NCBI GenBank assembly: GCA_018052945.1
Contig: JAGPMH010000001.1
Coordinates: 8,220-72,219, forward strand
Origin: Negativicutes bacterium
Lineage (GTDB): Bacteria; Bacillota; Negativicutes; JAGPMH01
Reading direction: 5' to 3'
Length of the DNA stretch: 64,000 nucleotides
Part shown: positions 17,936 through 29,249 of the stretch, piece by piece
Numbering within the stretch: the stretch's first letter is position 1
How the letters are laid out: each line of letters starts with the position of its first letter
The notes under the pieces: model-generated
Told to the model about the DNA's origin: nothing
Databases searched by the model: none
What the model saw: the letters and a program-made list of their open reading frames with translations, nothing else
Position numbers and translations under genes: made by a program

Positions 17936-19036
17936 ATGGTGTTAGATAAGGTTTTGAAATTTGTGATAACTGCGTTGATGGCGATTATCGGGTTGGTGTT
18001 AATGAATTTACTAAGCCCTTATTTAAAAACAATTATCAGTGCTGAATTTTTGAGTATGGGTATTTTCGGTGTAGCCATGACAACAGTGTTATCAGTGTTG
18101 TTAGGTGGGGTAATTGGTGGAATTATTGGTTTATTGACTGCGCCTTTTTTGATTAAGCACTTATTATTATTTTCTTTATGGGTTGAAAACCAATTAAACA
18201 AAATGCCTTTTCATGAAGTTATAGCCGGAGCGGGCGGGCTGGCTATTGGCTTAGTAATAGCTAATTTGTTAGGTTCAGCATTTTCGCAAATTCCTATTAT
18301 CGGCAATTATGTTCCGGTTATCTTTAGTATTATTTTTGGATATTTAGGAATTAATATTACCATCAAAAAACGCAATGAAATATCAGCATTATTTGATTCA
18401 TTCAATAAAAATAAAGAAAAGCAAAAAGATAAGAAGAATAACGAACAATATAAAATTTTAGATACCAGTGTTATTATTGATGGCCGCATTGCTGATATTT
18501 GTAAAACTGGATTTATTGAGGGGACGATATTAATACCGATTTTCGTGCTGGAAGAATTGCAACATATTGCAGACTCTTCTGATACTTTAAAACGCAATAG
18601 AGGACGTCGGGGCTTGGATGTATTAAATAATATCCAGAAAGAATTAGGGATGCATGTTAAGATAGATAATAGAGATTTTGATGACATTAATGAGGTTGAC
18701 TCAAAATTAGTACGGTTGGGGAAATTGATTAATGGCAAAATAATCACTAATGACTATAATTTAAATAAAGTTTCGGAAATTCAAGGAGTTTCAGTGCTAA
18801 ACATCAATGAATTATCAAATGCTGTTAAACCGGTGGTTATCCCTGGTGAGGAAATGACAGTGTTTGTGGTTAAAGATGGTAAAGAACCTGGACAAGGTGT
18901 GGCGTACTTAGATGATGGCACGATGATTGTAGTTGAAGATGGCCGGTCGGCCGTTGGTGAAACAATTGATGTGGTGGTAACCTCTGTGTTGCAAACTGCT
19001 GCTGGAAGAATGATTTTTGCTAAATGTAAAAACTAA
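17936..19036 (+). CDS. yacL: PIN/TRAM-domain membrane protein YacL
   Basis: N-terminal TM helices, then a PIN domain and a C-terminal TRAM domain. Synteny radA-...-yacL-ispD as in Bacillus. Confidence 0.8.
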   Translation: MVLDKVLKFVITALMAIIGLVLMNLLSPYLKTIISAEFLSMGIFGVAMTTVLSVLLGGVIGGIIGLLTAPFLIKHLLLFSLWVENQLNKMPFHEVIAGAGGLAIGLVIANLLGSAFSQIPIIGNYVPVIFSIIFGYLGINITIKKRNEISALFDSFNKNKEKQKDKKNNEQYKILDTSVIIDGRIADICKTGFIEGTILIPIFVLEELQHIADSSDTLKRNRGRRGLDVLNNIQKELGMHVKIDNRDFDDINEVDSKLVRLGKLINGKIITNDYNLNKVSEIQGVSVLNINELSNAVKPVVIPGEEMTVFVVKDGKEPGQGVAYLDDGTMIVVEDGRSAVGETIDVVVTSVLQTAAGRMIFAKCKN

Positions 19037-19038
19037 GA

Positions 19039-19075
19039 GAAAAGCCTTTCTGAGAATGAAAGGCTTTTCTGTATA
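19039..19075 (+). terminator. Hairpin terminator after yacL
   Basis: 11-bp stem GAAAAGCCTTT...AAAGGCTTTTC with a weak U-tract. Confidence 0.55.
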
Positions 19076-19117
19076 ATATAAAAAAATAGCTGCTAATAAT
19101 GCAAAAGGTGGTTTATT

Positions 19118-19810
19118 GTGATTTCTGTGATAATTGCTTGTGCCGGTAGCGGTAAGCGGATGAAAGTTGAAAAGAATAAAATTTTATTAGAAGTTCAAGG
19201 AAAAAGTATTTTACAATATACCTGTGAGAAATTCACAAGTTGTGAAAAAATTGATGAAATAATTTTAGTGGTAGCAAAACATGATCTAACGGTTGTTGAA
19301 GAATTGGCAAAAAAAATAATCCATAACAAGCCCTATAAAGTTGTTGTGGGCGGTAGTGAACGCCAATACTCCATTAATAATGCATTACAAGCTGTTGATG
19401 TTAAAAGTGAAATAGTCTTAATTCATGATGCGGCTCGCCCAATGATTAAAGTTGAAACGATTAATAAACTAATAAAAGAAGTTGAAAAAAGTTCTTGCGC
19501 TATCGTTGGTGTAAGGGTTAAAGATACAATTAAAATTGCAGATGAAAATAAGGTGGTATCAAAGACCCCTAATCGTGACTATTTATGGTCGATTCAAACT
19601 CCACAAGGTTTTAAATTGGATATTATAAAAACAGCTTACCAAAGGGCGCAACAGGAAGGTTTTTTGGGTACCGATGATGCTAGTTTAGTAGAGAGGCTTA
19701 ATATTGCGGTAAAAGTTGTTGAAGGTGAATATACTAATCTGAAGGTTACGACGCCGGAAGATTTAAAAATAATAGAAAGTTTATTGAATGATGAGGTGCA
19801 TAATGTATAG
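19118..19810 (+). CDS. ispD: 2-C-methyl-D-erythritol 4-phosphate cytidylyltransferase IspD
   Basis: [11 protein letters not shown] glycine-rich motif. GTG start after AAAGGTGG. Confidence 0.9.
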   Translation: MISVIIACAGSGKRMKVEKNKILLEVQGKSILQYTCEKFTSCEKIDEIILVVAKHDLTVVEELAKKIIHNKPYKVVVGGSERQYSINNALQAVDVKSEIVLIHDAARPMIKVETINKLIKEVEKSSCAIVGVRVKDTIKIADENKVVSKTPNRDYLWSIQTPQGFKLDIIKTAYQRAQQEGFLGTDDASLVERLNIAVKVVEGEYTNLKVTTPEDLKIIESLLNDEVHNV

Positions 19811-20282
19811 AGTTGGGATGGGTTATGATGTTCACAAATTAGTGACAGGCCGAAAATTGATTTTGGGTGGAGTGGAAATACAGCATGATTTAGGGCTATT
19901 GGGTCATTCTGATGCAGATGTATTGTTACATGCGATAAAAGATGCTATTTTAGGGGCAGCTGCCCTTGGTGATATTGGGCGACACTTTCCTGATACTGAT
20001 GAAGCCTATAAAGGGATTTCCAGTATGGTGTTATTAAGCAAAGTTAAGGATCTTATTTTAAAAGAAGGATATAAGGTTAATAATATTGATGCTACAATTG
20101 CGGCACAACAGCCTAAAATAGCACCATATATTAAAGATATGAATGAAAATATTGCTCAAACTTTAAAAATTGAGGCTTCGCAAGTAAATGTTAAGGCTAC
20201 TACTACCGAAGGCTTGGGATTTGTGGGTAATAAAGAAGGGATAGCGGCATATGCAATTGTTAGTCTGATTAAGATTGATTAA
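19803..20282 (+). CDS. ispF: 2-C-methyl-D-erythritol 2,4-cyclodiphosphate synthase IspF
   Basis: MGYDVHKL...GHSDADV motifs. ATG 19803 overlaps the ispD stop by 8 nt. Confidence 0.9.
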   Translation: MYRVGMGYDVHKLVTGRKLILGGVEIQHDLGLLGHSDADVLLHAIKDAILGAAALGDIGRHFPDTDEAYKGISSMVLLSKVKDLILKEGYKVNNIDATIAAQQPKIAPYIKDMNENIAQTLKIEASQVNVKATTTEGLGFVGNKEGIAAYAIVSLIKID

Positions 20283-20346
20283 TTTTGCATATCGGTTTAA
20301 TATCTGATAAAATAAACAATACACGATTATTTTTGGAGGTTTATCA

Positions 20347-21810
20347 ATGACAGAGCAAATGAGAGTAAGGTTTGCCCCTAGTCCGACTGGGCCATTTCAT
20401 ATTGGAGGAGCTCGTTCGGCGTTATTTAATTGGCTATTAGCGAAAAAGAATAATGGTAAATTTATTCTTCGTATTGAAAATACTGATCTAGATCGTTCAA
20501 CAATAGAATCTGAAGAAAATATTAAAGATGCTTTAAAATGGCTCGGTATAACTTGGGATGAAGGTATTGATGTTGGTGGTGATTTTGGACCATATAAACA
20601 AACGGAACGCCTTGATATTTATAAGGAATATACTGATAAGTTATTAGCAGAAGGCAAAGCATATCATTGTTTTTGCACAGATGAGGAATTGGAAAGTGAA
20701 CGTCAAACCTTGATGGCTCAAGAAAAAATGCCAATATACCAAGGTAAATGTCGCAATTTAACCCAAGAACAAAAAACTGAATTGTTGGCGGCTGGACGTA
20801 AGCCGACTGTTAGATTTAAAACGCCGGAAAATCAGCAAATAATCTTTGATGATATGGTTAGAGGAACTGTTAGTTTTGATTCCAATGGCGTGGGTGATTT
20901 TGTTATTGTAAAGTCGGATGGAATTCCAGTGTATAACTATGCGGTAGTGTTAGATGATGCATTGATGAAGATAACTCATGTTATTAGAGCCGAAGAGCAT
21001 TTATCGAATACACCACGGCAAATTGTTCTATATGAAGCGTTAGGGTTTAAATTACCGACCTTTGGACATATTTCTCTTATTTTAGGCAAAGATAGAACTA
21101 AAATGAGTAAAAGACATGGTGCGACTTCGGTTGAACAATATCGTAAATTAGGATACTTGCCAGAAGCTATTGTAAACTTTTTAGCCTTATTAGGCTGGGC
21201 ACCTGATAGTGAACAGGAAATATTTTCGACGGAAGAACTTATTAATTTATTTTCAATGGATAGAGTTGCTAAAAATCCAGCAGTGTTTGATATTGATAAG
21301 TTAAATTGGCTGAATAGTAATTATATTAAAAATGCTGAAGCGGCGTTAATATTGGAATTAGCATTACCGCATCTTGTGGAAGCAGGTTATATTACAGCTG
21401 ATGTTGATACCGCGACGAAAAATGATTTGATTAAATTTGTCGACATTATAAAAGAGCATTTAAGTTTTGCGGCGCAAGTTGTAGAGCATGTTGATGTTTA
21501 TTTTAATGAAGAGTTTGACTTTGAAAATGATGATGCTAAGGTTTTGATGTTGGATGAAGAAATTCCTTTAGTAATAGCTACGTTCAAAGATAAATTAAGA
21601 GCAATGGAAACTTTAGATGAAGCTGGTGTTAAAGCTTTATTAAAAAGCATAACCAAGGAACTTAAAGTTGGTGGTAAAAAAGTATTTATGCCGATTCGTA
21701 TTGCACTTAGTGGTAAAATGCATGGACCGGACTTGGTAAAACTTATTTGTCTGTTAGGCACTGATAAAGTTATTGCAAGAGTTGATAAAACTATGAATAA
21801 AATTGTCTAA
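20347..21810 (+). CDS. gltX: Glutamate--tRNA ligase
   Basis: HIGG (class I HIGH) and KMSKR (KMSKS) motifs. Confidence 0.95.
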   Translation: MTEQMRVRFAPSPTGPFHIGGARSALFNWLLAKKNNGKFILRIENTDLDRSTIESEENIKDALKWLGITWDEGIDVGGDFGPYKQTERLDIYKEYTDKLLAEGKAYHCFCTDEELESERQTLMAQEKMPIYQGKCRNLTQEQKTELLAAGRKPTVRFKTPENQQIIFDDMVRGTVSFDSNGVGDFVIVKSDGIPVYNYAVVLDDALMKITHVIRAEEHLSNTPRQIVLYEALGFKLPTFGHISLILGKDRTKMSKRHGATSVEQYRKLGYLPEAIVNFLALLGWAPDSEQEIFSTEELINLFSMDRVAKNPAVFDIDKLNWLNSNYIKNAEAALILELALPHLVEAGYITADVDTATKNDLIKFVDIIKEHLSFAAQVVEHVDVYFNEEFDFENDDAKVLMLDEEIPLVIATFKDKLRAMETLDEAGVKALLKSITKELKVGGKKVFMPIRIALSGKMHGPDLVKLICLLGTDKVIARVDKTMNKIV

Positions 21811-21838
21811 GGTATAGCTAACTAATATTTATTATTAA

Positions 21839-21867
21839 TTGACGTTTTTTGTTATTGTGCTTATAAT
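21839..21867 (+). promoter_or_regulatory. Promoter of the cysE-cysS T-box leader
   Basis: TTGACG, 17-nt spacer, TATAAT. Confidence 0.55.
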
Positions 21868-21879
21868 TTAGTTATATAA

Positions 21880-22125
21880 TAAAATATATTAAATGTATTG
21901 ATTGGGAGAGTAGGTACATTATTTCTTTACAGAGAGAGGCCAGCGAGGTTGAGAATGGCGTCAAAGAAATCTTACTGAAATGCACCCATGAACATATTTA
22001 TCGAAATAATAGTAGATAAATACGGCTAACTACCGTTATTAGTGCTAAGTGAGGCTTTTGCCTAAACAGAGTGGAACCGCGGACCACCGTCTCTGAATGA
22101 GATGGTGGTCTTTCTGTTTCTAAAA
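21880..22125 (+). promoter_or_regulatory. T-box riboswitch leader (cysteine-specific; specifier UGC) controlling cysE-cysS
   Basis: Specifier-loop-like GAAAUGCACCC (UGC at 21981-83). Conserved T-box sequence AGAGTGGAACCGCGG at 22068-82. Terminator GGACCACCGTCTC-tgaat-GAGATGGTGGTC followed by TTTCTGTTTC. Confidence 0.75.
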
Positions 22126-22138
22126 GGAGGATTATCTG

Positions 22139-22810
22139 ATGTTTAAAACGCTTAAAAAAGATATTACCGTTATTTTTGAGCGTGATCCTGCCGCGAAAAG
22201 TGTTTTTGAGGTTATTTTTTGTTACCAAGGCTTACATGCTATTTGGTTACACCGAATCGCTCATTATCTTTTTAAAAAAGGCTGGATTTTTTTGCCAAGG
22301 CTTATCTCTAATTTTGCTAGATTTATAACCGGTATTGAAATACATCCTGGTGCGAAAATTAGTGAAGGCTTGTTTATTGACCACGGTGCAGGAACTGTTA
22401 TTGGTGAAACTGTTGAAATTGGTAAAAACGTTACTTTATATCAAGGCGTAACACTAGGTGGGACAGGTAAAGAAAAAGGTAAACGTCATCCGACTATTGG
22501 TGATAATGTAGTAGTGGCTTCAGGTGCAAAAGTTTTAGGCTCATTTACTGTTGGTCATAACGCTAAAATAGGTGCCGGGTCGGTTGTTTTAAAAGAAGTT
22601 CCACCTTATGCTACAGTTGTTGGAATTCCGGGAAAAGTTGTGTTGTTATATGGTGAAAAAGTAACGGAAAATATTGACTTAGCACATGATCAATTACCTG
22701 ATCCTGATGAAGAAATGATTCAATGTATGCATCGTAGTTTATTGAAACTAGAAGAAAAAGTTAAGAAGCTAGAGAAGGAGCTTAAAAAATATGAGTCTGA
22801 AAGTATATAA
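22139..22810 (+). CDS. cysE: Serine O-acetyltransferase
   Basis: Left-handed beta-helix hexapeptide repeats ([10 protein letters not shown]...[13 protein letters not shown]...). Confidence 0.9.
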   Translation: MFKTLKKDITVIFERDPAAKSVFEVIFCYQGLHAIWLHRIAHYLFKKGWIFLPRLISNFARFITGIEIHPGAKISEGLFIDHGAGTVIGETVEIGKNVTLYQGVTLGGTGKEKGKRHPTIGDNVVVASGAKVLGSFTVGHNAKIGAGSVVLKEVPPYATVVGIPGKVVLLYGEKVTENIDLAHDQLPDPDEEMIQCMHRSLLKLEEKVKKLEKELKKYESESI

Positions 22811-24230
22811 TACCTTAACGCGTCAAAAAGAAGTTTTTATTCCTTTGGTAGAAGGAGAAGTTGGCATTTATGTATGTGGTGTTACCCCATACAATCATCC
22901 GCATATTGGTAATGCTCGACCATTTGTAACTTGGGATGTTATTAGGCGCTATTTTCAAAAAAAAGGTTATAAAGTTAAATATATTCAAAACTTTACGGAT
23001 GTTGATGATAAAATTATCAGAACTGCTAATGCGGAAGGTGTAAAATGGAGTGATATTTCACAACGCTATATTGCGTCTTATTTTGAAGTTATGGATAAGC
23101 TTAATGTAAAAAGAGCTGATAATTATCCGACCGTTTCGGAGCATATGGACGATATTATTAAAATTATTGAGACGTTAATTGCTAAAGGGTTTGCTTATGT
23201 TGTTGAAGGTGACGTGTATTATAGCGTTAACAAATTTGAACATTATGGTAAACTAAGCGGTCGTAATTTAGAGGATATGAAAGCTGGCGCTAGAGTTGAT
23301 GTTGATGAACGCAAAGAACATCCAATGGATTTTGCGTTATGGAAAAGTGCAAAACCGGGCGAACCATCTTGGAAAAGTCCTTGGGGTGAAGGGCGTCCGG
23401 GTTGGCATATTGAATGTTCGGCAATGTCATTAAAATACTTGGGAGAATCCTTTGACTTTCATGGTGGTGGCAGTGATTTGATTTTTCCGCATCATGAAAA
23501 TGAAATTGCACAATCGGAAGCTTGTACTGGCTGTGATTCTTTTGTGCGGTATTGGCTACATAATGGTTTTATAACGGTTAATGAAGAAAAAATGAGTAAG
23601 TCACTGGATAATTTTTTTCTAGTGAAAGATATTTTAGAAAAATATAATGCCGAAGTTTTACGCTATTTTATTATTGAGACTCATTATCGTAGTCCGTTGG
23701 ATTTTAGTGATGAAAGATTAAATGAGGCTGGTCGTAGTTTGGAAAGACTTAAAACAGCGCTCTTTAATTGTCAAGAACTCAGTAAACAGTCGCAAGGCGT
23801 AGAATCAGATCTTTCACTTAAATTAAAAGATTTTGCTGTTAAAGCGGAAGCTGATTTTGATAAGGCGATGGATGATGACTTTAATACGGCCTTGGCGTTA
23901 GCTAGTATGTTTGCGCTAGCAAAGGAAATTAATGTGTATTATACTGCTGTTAATAGTGGGAAGATTACTCATGATATTGAAGCTTATGAAGTAGCGAAAA
24001 CAGTTTATTGTGGGATGGCTGAAGTTTTGGGGATTTTAGTTAATGCAGTAGAAGGTAAAGTTGATAGTAGCGAAAAGTTGGTAACAGACTTAATGAATTT
24101 AATAATAACGCTACGACAAACTGCACGTCAGAATAAGGATTGGACTACGGCTGATAAAATTCGCGATGAATTAAATGCAATTGGTATTACTTTAGAGGAT
24201 TCTTCAACTGGTGTTAGGTGGAAGCTATAA
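22791..24230 (+). CDS. cysS: Cysteine--tRNA ligase
   Basis: HPHIGN (HIGH), KMSKSLDN (KMSKS) and Zn-binding Cys residues. Confidence 0.95.
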   Translation: MSLKVYNTLTRQKEVFIPLVEGEVGIYVCGVTPYNHPHIGNARPFVTWDVIRRYFQKKGYKVKYIQNFTDVDDKIIRTANAEGVKWSDISQRYIASYFEVMDKLNVKRADNYPTVSEHMDDIIKIIETLIAKGFAYVVEGDVYYSVNKFEHYGKLSGRNLEDMKAGARVDVDERKEHPMDFALWKSAKPGEPSWKSPWGEGRPGWHIECSAMSLKYLGESFDFHGGGSDLIFPHHENEIAQSEACTGCDSFVRYWLHNGFITVNEEKMSKSLDNFFLVKDILEKYNAEVLRYFIIETHYRSPLDFSDERLNEAGRSLERLKTALFNCQELSKQSQGVESDLSLKLKDFAVKAEADFDKAMDDDFNTALALASMFALAKEINVYYTAVNSGKITHDIEAYEVAKTVYCGMAEVLGILVNAVEGKVDSSEKLVTDLMNLIITLRQTARQNKDWTTADKIRDELNAIGITLEDSSTGVRWKL

Positions 24231-24700
24231 TGGATTTTAAACATTTTCAAACTTTAGTTGATAACTTATTTTCTTATGATGATGCAGGCTTAGTAACCCG
24301 ATATCAAGATGTAAAACCGGAAACATTAAATCCGTTGGTGTTAGCGTATATTGGTGATGCTTATTTTAATTTATATATGCGAGGCAGATTGCTAGCTTTT
24401 GAACAAAATAAAGTGCAAATATTACATAGCTTTGGCGCTAAAATGGTGTCGGCTAAGTATCAAGCTGTTGCTTATAAAGAAATTGAAGCTGAATTAACTG
24501 AGCTTGAACAGGCTGTTTTTAAAAGAGGTCGCAATGCGAAGTGTAATGTACCAAAAAGTGCAACCGTTCAGGAATATCGTTGTAGTACGGGGTTTGAAGC
24601 GTTGCTTGGATTTTTATATTTAAAAAAGGATTTCGCAAGACTAACGGCATTAGTTGATAAAACATTTTTAATTACTGCACAAAACTTGGCTAAAAAATGA
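24230..24700 (+). CDS. mrnC: Mini-ribonuclease 3 (Mini-III, 23S rRNA maturation)
   Basis: [14 protein letters not shown] RNase III signature. ATG overlaps the cysS stop. Position after cysS as in B. subtilis. Confidence 0.8.
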   Translation: MDFKHFQTLVDNLFSYDDAGLVTRYQDVKPETLNPLVLAYIGDAYFNLYMRGRLLAFEQNKVQILHSFGAKMVSAKYQAVAYKEIEAELTELEQAVFKRGRNAKCNVPKSATVQEYRCSTGFEALLGFLYLKKDFARLTALVDKTFLITAQNLAKK

Positions 24701-24713
24701 TGGAGGCTGTAAT

Positions 24714-25397
24714 ATGAAAGTTAATTTGATGTGGCATACGCCGAATCCAGAACGCGTCGTTGCAATGGCGGCAAGACTTTGTTATTCGCCGGTTGGCGCT
24801 AAGGATTTGGCAGAGAATATGAGTGATGAACAAGTTGAAAAATTAGTTGCAAAAATTATTGGGCTGGGACATGCTTCGACGATGGAGCATGTAAGTTTTA
24901 CTTTTGCGATAGAGGGGATATCAAGAGTTTTGTCACACCAATTGGTAAGGCACAGAATTGCTTCTTATTCTCAACAATCTCAACGTTATGTTAGTGAGCA
25001 TGATTTTGAATTTATTACGCCTCCTTCAGTTGAAGGTAATGTGGAAGCTGAAACTAAATTTAATAACTTAATGGCGCAGATTAAACAGACTTATGATGAA
25101 TTGGTTGAACTTGGTGTTCATAAAGAAGATGCCAGATATTGTTTGGCTAATGCTACCGAAACAAAGATCGTGGTAACAATGAATGCTAGAGCATTACTCA
25201 ACTTTTTTTCATTGCGGTGCTGTTATCGTGCGCAATGGGAAATTCGTGCAATGGCTGATAAAATGTTAGCAGAAGTAAGAGGTGTTGCACCGTTGCTCTT
25301 TAAAAAAGCTGGTCCAAGTTGTGTTACTGATTTTGTTTGTAGTGAAGGTGCTATGACTTGTGGGCGGTTAGCAGAAATTTTAAAAGCTAAGAAATGA
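24714..25397 (+). CDS. thyX: Flavin-dependent thymidylate synthase ThyX
   Basis: ThyX motif [14 protein letters not shown] (RHRxxxxxS). Confidence 0.9.
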   Translation: MKVNLMWHTPNPERVVAMAARLCYSPVGAKDLAENMSDEQVEKLVAKIIGLGHASTMEHVSFTFAIEGISRVLSHQLVRHRIASYSQQSQRYVSEHDFEFITPPSVEGNVEAETKFNNLMAQIKQTYDELVELGVHKEDARYCLANATETKIVVTMNARALLNFFSLRCCYRAQWEIRAMADKMLAEVRGVAPLLFKKAGPSCVTDFVCSEGAMTCGRLAEILKAKK

Positions 25398-25552
25398 CAC
25401 GCTTTATTAAATTTAAAATACTTTTTAAGCGGTCTAGGATAGTAAATGATTTATTTAGCACGGTGGTTTTATCAGTATTTTTTATGATGATTGTGCTGGC
25501 AAACCTGTAGGGTGAAAAATATTATTAGTTGTGATAAATATACAAAAAAGGT

Positions 25553-26314
25553 GTGGTTGGATTGAGTTCTAATGTTAGTGAAATAGTTTGTGGTCGTAAT
25601 GCAGTGATGGAAGCTTTGAAAAGCGGTCGGTCACTCAATAAAATTTTGGTGGCGAAGGGTGAACGTCAGGGCTCAATTAAGGAAGTTTTAGCAGTAGCTA
25701 AAGAACATAAAATTATTATTCAAGAAGTAGAAATGAAAAAATTAGAGGAATTGGCAAAAGGGATTAGACATCAAGGGGTTTTAGCATATGCAGCGCCAGT
25801 GGATTATGTTGAGCTGGAAGATATTATCGGCAGAGCGCAAGAACTAGGGGAACATCCGTTTATTGTATTGTTAGATGAACTAGAAGATCCACATAACTTA
25901 GGAGCGATTTTACGTAGTGTTGATGCCGCTGGCGCACATGGTGTTCTTATTCCGAAGAGACGCAGTTGCCCATTGTCAGCGACGGTTGCTAAAACTTCGG
26001 CAGGAGCGATTGAGTATGTTCCTGTTGCTAGAATTGGCAATGTTGCTCAAACTATTAAGGATTTAAAAAAACAAGGAATGTGGGTTGTGGGCGCTGATAT
26101 GGATGGCGAAAAATATTATTATAATGCTGATTTGACGGGACCGTTAGTATTGGTTATTGGTAGCGAAGGCAAGGGGTTAGGTCGCTTGACAAAGGAACAG
26201 TGTGACTATTTGGTTAAAATTCCGATGGGTGGTAAGATTAACTCATTAAATGCATCGGTGGCTTGTTCATTAATGCTGTTTGAAGCGGTTAGACAAAGAA
26301 ATAGTGCAAAGTAA
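25553..26314 (+). CDS. rlmB: 23S rRNA (guanosine-2'-O)-methyltransferase RlmB (SpoU/TrmH family)
   Basis: SpoU_sub_bind N-terminal domain and SPOUT knot motifs. GTG start after AAAAGG. Confidence 0.85.
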   Translation: MVGLSSNVSEIVCGRNAVMEALKSGRSLNKILVAKGERQGSIKEVLAVAKEHKIIIQEVEMKKLEELAKGIRHQGVLAYAAPVDYVELEDIIGRAQELGEHPFIVLLDELEDPHNLGAILRSVDAAGAHGVLIPKRRSCPLSATVAKTSAGAIEYVPVARIGNVAQTIKDLKKQGMWVVGADMDGEKYYYNADLTGPLVLVIGSEGKGLGRLTKEQCDYLVKIPMGGKINSLNASVACSLMLFEAVRQRNSAK

Positions 26315-26344
26315 AAATACTGTTGTCTGATAATAGGAGTTATC

Positions 26345-26872
26345 ATGCGAAAAAAACAAAAAGAGTATTTAATAATTGATGCATATAATGTTATTAATAA
26401 TTGGCCGGAGCTAATTGAAATCCGTGATAATTTAGAACATGCCCGTGATAAATTGATTGGTCTAATGTTGGAATATGGTGCCTATAAGGGGTATCAGGTT
26501 TTTGTAGTATTTGATGCACCTTATACTGCGGAAAAAGAAAATATCCAACAGTTGAGCTCTTTTTTAACAGTTATTTTTACACAAGAAGATGAAACGGCAG
26601 ACAGTTATATTGAAAAGTTGGCGTATGACTCGGTGAAATTGGGTAAAAAGGTCTTTGTTGTTACTTCTGATTGGGTTGAACAGATGGTTATTTTAGGAGC
26701 TGGAGCATACCGAATTTCTTCACGTGAACTACGCAAAGATGTGAGAAAAGCGAAAAAGGTAATGGAAGAAGAATATAGTATTAATAGTAAATTGAATAGA
26801 AATGAATTAGGTGGAATCATTAGTAGTGCTGTAGCTGATAAACTCGAAGTTATTAGGCGTGGTAAAAAATGA
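26345..26872 (+). CDS. yacP: NYN-domain (YacP-like) ribonuclease-like protein
   Basis: LIIDAYNVIN...VVFDA... NYN motifs. Position before sigH as in Bacillus. Confidence 0.8.
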   Translation: MRKKQKEYLIIDAYNVINNWPELIEIRDNLEHARDKLIGLMLEYGAYKGYQVFVVFDAPYTAEKENIQQLSSFLTVIFTQEDETADSYIEKLAYDSVKLGKKVFVVTSDWVEQMVILGAGAYRISSRELRKDVRKAKKVMEEEYSINSKLNRNELGGIISSAVADKLEVIRRGKK

Positions 26873-26912
26873 TAGAAAATGTTAAAAATTACAATCGAAC
26901 ACAAGAATGTGC

Positions 26913-26942
26913 TTGACTGCTAAATGTTTACTGAGGTATAAT
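26913..26942 (+). promoter_or_regulatory. Sigma-A-like promoter upstream of sigH
   Basis: TTGACT, 18-nt spacer, TATAAT. Confidence 0.5.
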
Positions 26943-27048
26943 TTTTGAGAACAAACATAGGTTTTTAGAGTGGTTTTGGGAAAAGAATATTGATGAGATT
27001 TATAATAATAGCAAGACTATTAAATAAATTTTAGAAGGTGGTGCGAGA

Positions 27049-27777
27049 ATGATTAACACTCAACACAACGAATCTGTAAATTCGTTCGAGAACATGACTG
27101 ATGAGGAGATTGTCTTAGAGGCAAAAGAAAATGCTAACAACATCGCACTTGATTATCTTATTAATAAGTATCGTAATTTTGTTCGTGCGAAAGCGCGTTC
27201 ATATTTTTTGATTGGTGCAGATCGTGAAGATATAATCCAAGAAGGAATGATTGGTTTATACAAAGCGATTCGTGACTTTCGCAATGATAAGTTATCCTCT
27301 TTTCGTGCGTTTGCGGAGTTATGCGTAACTAGGCAAATAATAACTGCGATAAAAACAGCTACTAGACAAAAACATATTCCGTTAAATTCTTATGTATCTT
27401 TAAATAAGCCGATTTATGATGAGGACTCTGATCGAACATTGTTGGATGTGCTATCAGGTACTAAAATTTCTGATCCGGAAGAGTTAGTTATCAGTCGTGA
27501 AGAGTTTATTGACATTGAAGCAAAAATGGGACAGATTCTCAGTGAATTAGAATGGAAAGTTTTGATGTCCTATTTAGATGGGAAATCTTATCAAGAAATC
27601 GCTGTTGATTTAGAACGTCATGTGAAATCAATTGATAATGCGTTGCAACGAGTGAAAAGAAAATTAGAACGTTACTTGGAAAAACGTGAAGATGATGATT
27701 TAAGCAGTGTCTATAACGGTTTAAATAATATTAATAAGCAGTTACATGGTTTTTGTGAAGGAATGCAGAAGAAATAA
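27049..27777 (+). CDS. sigH: RNA polymerase sigma factor SigH (Spo0H)
   Basis: YRNFVRAKARSYFLIGADREDIIQEGMIGLYKAIRDF...HVKSIDNALQRVKRKLE is near-identical in its conserved blocks to B. subtilis SigH. Confidence 0.9.
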   Translation: MINTQHNESVNSFENMTDEEIVLEAKENANNIALDYLINKYRNFVRAKARSYFLIGADREDIIQEGMIGLYKAIRDFRNDKLSSFRAFAELCVTRQIITAIKTATRQKHIPLNSYVSLNKPIYDEDSDRTLLDVLSGTKISDPEELVISREEFIDIEAKMGQILSELEWKVLMSYLDGKSYQEIAVDLERHVKSIDNALQRVKRKLERYLEKREDDDLSSVYNGLNNINKQLHGFCEGMQKK

Positions 27778-27809
27778 GACAGATTGTATGGTCTTATTTC
27801 TTTTTTTTG
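27774..27809 (+). terminator. Intrinsic terminator after sigH
   Basis: ATAAGAC-agattgtatg-GTCTTAT followed by TTCTTTTTTTT. Confidence 0.65.
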
Positions 27810-27915
27810 CGATTATTGTCGAATTTTTTAGATATTTCAACCCCTGATTAGTAAGTGAAATATGGTATAATATTCATATATGCATTATTTGTAAAGAAGA
27901 GTAGGAGGCTTTAAT

Positions 27916-29172
27916 TTGGAACAAAATACGGTAGCGATTGTTTGTGGTGGAGGTCCGGCTCCGGGAATTAATAGTGTAATTAGTGCTGTAACTATTGAAG
28001 CTGATAAAAATGGTTGGAATGTTGTTGGAGTTTATGATGGATTTTCATATTTAGCACAAGGTGAACCTAAAACTGTAAAGTTGACCTATGATAATGTTAG
28101 TACAATTCATCTTCGTGGTGGTTGTATTTTACATATGGCACGTTTTAATCCAACGAAGAATGAAGCTGACTTAGAAAATGTAGTAAAAACACTAAGAGGT
28201 ATGGGTGTTAATAATTTAGTAACTATTGGTGGCGATGATACTGCCTATTCGGCAGCAAAGGTTTCAGAATATGCTCGTAACTTAGGACAGCCGATAAATG
28301 TAGTTCATGTCCCGAAAACGATTGATAATGATTTGCCGTTGCCGGAGGGGGTGCCGACGTTTGGTTTTGAAACGGCGCGGCAATTTGGCGCGGCTGTTGT
28401 TAACAATCTAATGGAAGATGCACGTACTACTAATAATCGTTGGTATTTAGGAATTGCAATGGGGCGTACTGCGGGTCATTTGGCGCTGGGAATCGGACAA
28501 AGTGCGGGTGCGATTATTACTATTATTCCTGAAGATTTTAATAGTGAAAAAATTAGACTACAAGCAGTAATTGATATGTTGCTAGGAAGTATTGTAAAAA
28601 GATATTTAACCGATAGAAATTATGGTGTGGCAATTATTGCGGAAGGCGTTATTGAAAAAATTGAAAAAGATGATTTATGTTCGTTAGAAGAGTGTTGTCT
28701 AGATGAACATGGTCATATTAGATATGCAGAAATTGATTTTGGTGGATTGATAAAAAAACAATTAGTAAAAGAATTGAAAAAAATTGGCTTAAAAATTACG
28801 TTGGTAGATAAAGAAATTGGGTATGAATTAAGATGCGTACCACCGATTGCCTATGATATAGAATATACAAGAAGTCTTGGTTATGCTGCTTTTAATTACT
28901 TGGCTGATGGGCAGACTGATGCAATTGTGACAATGCAGTGTGGTGAAATTAAACCTTTAAAATTTGCGGAAATTTGTGATGCTATTACCGGAAAAACGGT
29001 GGTTCGAAGAGTTGATACAACTTCAATGCATTACAAAATAGCCCAAGAATATATGGTTAAGTTTGTTGAAGCTGATTTTACAGAAGATGATAAATGTCAT
29101 AAAATAGCACAAGCCTTAAAGATGACGGCAGAAGAATTTAAAAATAAATATTCATATTTATTGGAGGTTTAA
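27916..29172 (+). CDS. pfp: Pyrophosphate-dependent 6-phosphofructokinase (PPi-PFK)
   Basis: GGDDT (Asp where ATP-PFKs have Gly) and PKTIDND (Lys where ATP-PFKs have Gly) signatures of PPi-dependent PFKs. TTG start 7 nt after TAGGAGG. Confidence 0.8.
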   Translation: MEQNTVAIVCGGGPAPGINSVISAVTIEADKNGWNVVGVYDGFSYLAQGEPKTVKLTYDNVSTIHLRGGCILHMARFNPTKNEADLENVVKTLRGMGVNNLVTIGGDDTAYSAAKVSEYARNLGQPINVVHVPKTIDNDLPLPEGVPTFGFETARQFGAAVVNNLMEDARTTNNRWYLGIAMGRTAGHLALGIGQSAGAIITIIPEDFNSEKIRLQAVIDMLLGSIVKRYLTDRNYGVAIIAEGVIEKIEKDDLCSLEECCLDEHGHIRYAEIDFGGLIKKQLVKELKKIGLKITLVDKEIGYELRCVPPIAYDIEYTRSLGYAAFNYLADGQTDAIVTMQCGEIKPLKFAEICDAITGKTVVRRVDTTSMHYKIAQEYMVKFVEADFTEDDKCHKIAQALKMTAEEFKNKYSYLLEV

Positions 29173-29249
29173 AAGAACACAAATTAGATGTTAATCGTCT
29201 AATTTGTGCTTTTTTATGAAAATTACATTATTAATAAGGAGCATAAACT

